Shown here: one piece after another, positions 62,942 through 64,000 of the stretch
How the letters are laid out: every line of letters starts with the position of its first letter
How positions within the stretch are numbered: the first letter of the stretch is position 1
The notes under the pieces: model-generated
Told to the model about the DNA's origin: nothing
Database searches by the model: none
What the model saw: the letters and a program-made list of their open reading frames with translations, nothing else
NCBI GenBank assembly: GCA_965153285.1
Contig: OZ229115.1
Strand: one strand, 5' to 3'
Length of the DNA: 64,000 bases
Origin: Podarcis tiliguerta
Lineage: Eukaryota
Position numbers and translations under genes: made by a program

Positions 62942-63043
62942 CTCTTCATTTTCGATCTTCAGTGTGGATAGCCTAGACTGCAGCTGCTGACACCTCTGCA
63001 CTAACTCACTCTGCACGGGCTGCTGGGCACACAGCTGGGACAC
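62942..63043 (-). CDS. SRGAP2: SRGAP2 coding exon (human exon 8 equivalent), F-BAR extension
   Basis: ttccag|GTG...GAG|gtaagc; 102 nt, phase 0/0; VSQLCAQQPVQSELVQRCQQLQSRLSTLKIENEE matches SRGAP2. Confidence 0.97.
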
Positions 63044-63514
63044 CTGGAAAAGGAATGGAACTTCTGAAGTTTCTAGACATTTGATTCTTCAGCTCTGCAC
63101 AAGTATGAGAGGTGTGGACTGGGCCACGGAACAAATGAAGTCCTAGGGTTTTTTTATTTTTTTATTTTTAATCCTGAACTTCAACATACATTGTTGGAAG
63201 AGAGTTTCTTTCAAGCTTTGATTGCCAGTTAAATCCACTGCTGGATGTGCATCTAGCCCTTGGGCAGATTTCAAAGCAACAAGATGATGCTATAAAAAAG
63301 ACAAAAATCCAATACAGCTCTATGGGGGGTAAAAATCAATGGAAGGTTCTTCATTTGCTCTGACATTTGAACATATTTCAGAACCACCATAAGCCTCTAT
63401 TATTGGGACAAATATGGGGGCTGATGGCTACATGAACTACTGTATTTTCAGATTTCACTGAAATATTAGAATATTAGAATATATTAGGATATTTTACATT
63501 TGCTTACAATCTTG

Positions 63515-63690
63515 GGACACCCAAATTCAAATCCCTACTCAGCCAGGAAGCACAATGAGTGACTTGGGCCATCTCTTAGCCTAACCTTTCTCACAGAGTG
63601 GTTGTGATGATAAAATGGTGGAGGGAAGAACTATGTACACCACCATAAACTTGGAGGAAAATTGGGGTGTAATTGTAATAATAAATAAAC
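63515..63690 (+). mobile_element. Degenerate tRNA-derived SINE with L2/MIR-like tail
   Basis: ttcaaatccctactcagcc...gtgacttgggcc...ggttgtgatgataaaatgg...taataataaataaa. Confidence 0.6.
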
Positions 63691-64000
63691 ATAAGTTTGG
63701 GGTTACAGCATATACATGAGATTACAATTACCAGAGCAGATACGGGATTTAATGAATTTTATAGTATAATACAGAACTCTTGATGGTGCCTGCAGCACTG
63801 AGATATTCTCACTTCCCAATGAATGCAGACATACAACAACAAATTTAACATTAATAATAAAGATTTTCTAACACTTTTGTTCTCCATAATAGTGACATGA
63901 ATCAAGATCGAGATTGTGTCCCTTTGAATAAAGTTGTAACACTCTGCATGGGATCCAATGGCGCTTCCTTCTTCAACAACATGAACTCTAATATATCGCA

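Noticed and set aside
1-64000. Most of the short ORFs in the six-frame track
   Set aside because: Apart from those overlapping SRGAP2 exons or LINE remnants, they have no recognisable domains, often start at non-ATG codons and have lengths expected by chance in intronic DNA

Overview
Vertebrate genomic DNA. The repeat content (Sauria SINE, BovB, squamate CR1/L2 tails, TA-flanked Tc1/mariner MITEs) points to a squamate, most likely a lacertid lizard. The window holds the 3' two-thirds of SRGAP2 on the minus strand. Fifteen GT-AG coding exons (63043 to 9878; equivalent to human coding exons 8-22) splice with consistent phases into 2160 nt = 719 aa + stop, covering the F-BAR extension, RhoGAP, SH3 and the C-terminal tail ending DKSCTV. 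Two of them are microexons (28 and 25 nt) absent from the ORF track. An apparent ~6 kb 3'UTR ends near 3.9 kb; the 5' exons lie beyond 64000. Introns carry many TE remnants. I found no unambiguous new multi-gene system. Best leads, all hypotheses from sequence alone: (i) a possible decayed copy of the long alternative exon known from SRGAP1/SRGAP3, next to the 25-nt microexon; (ii) a 136-bp near-perfect, structure-forming direct repeat downstream of the gene; (iii) several routes to truncated SRGAP2 isoforms, one at the junction where human SRGAP2C ends; (iv) an NF-kB-site cluster with a splice donor that may be the promoter/first exon of the next gene (IKBKE by synteny). Comparisons with human paralogue sequences are from memory and need alignment.
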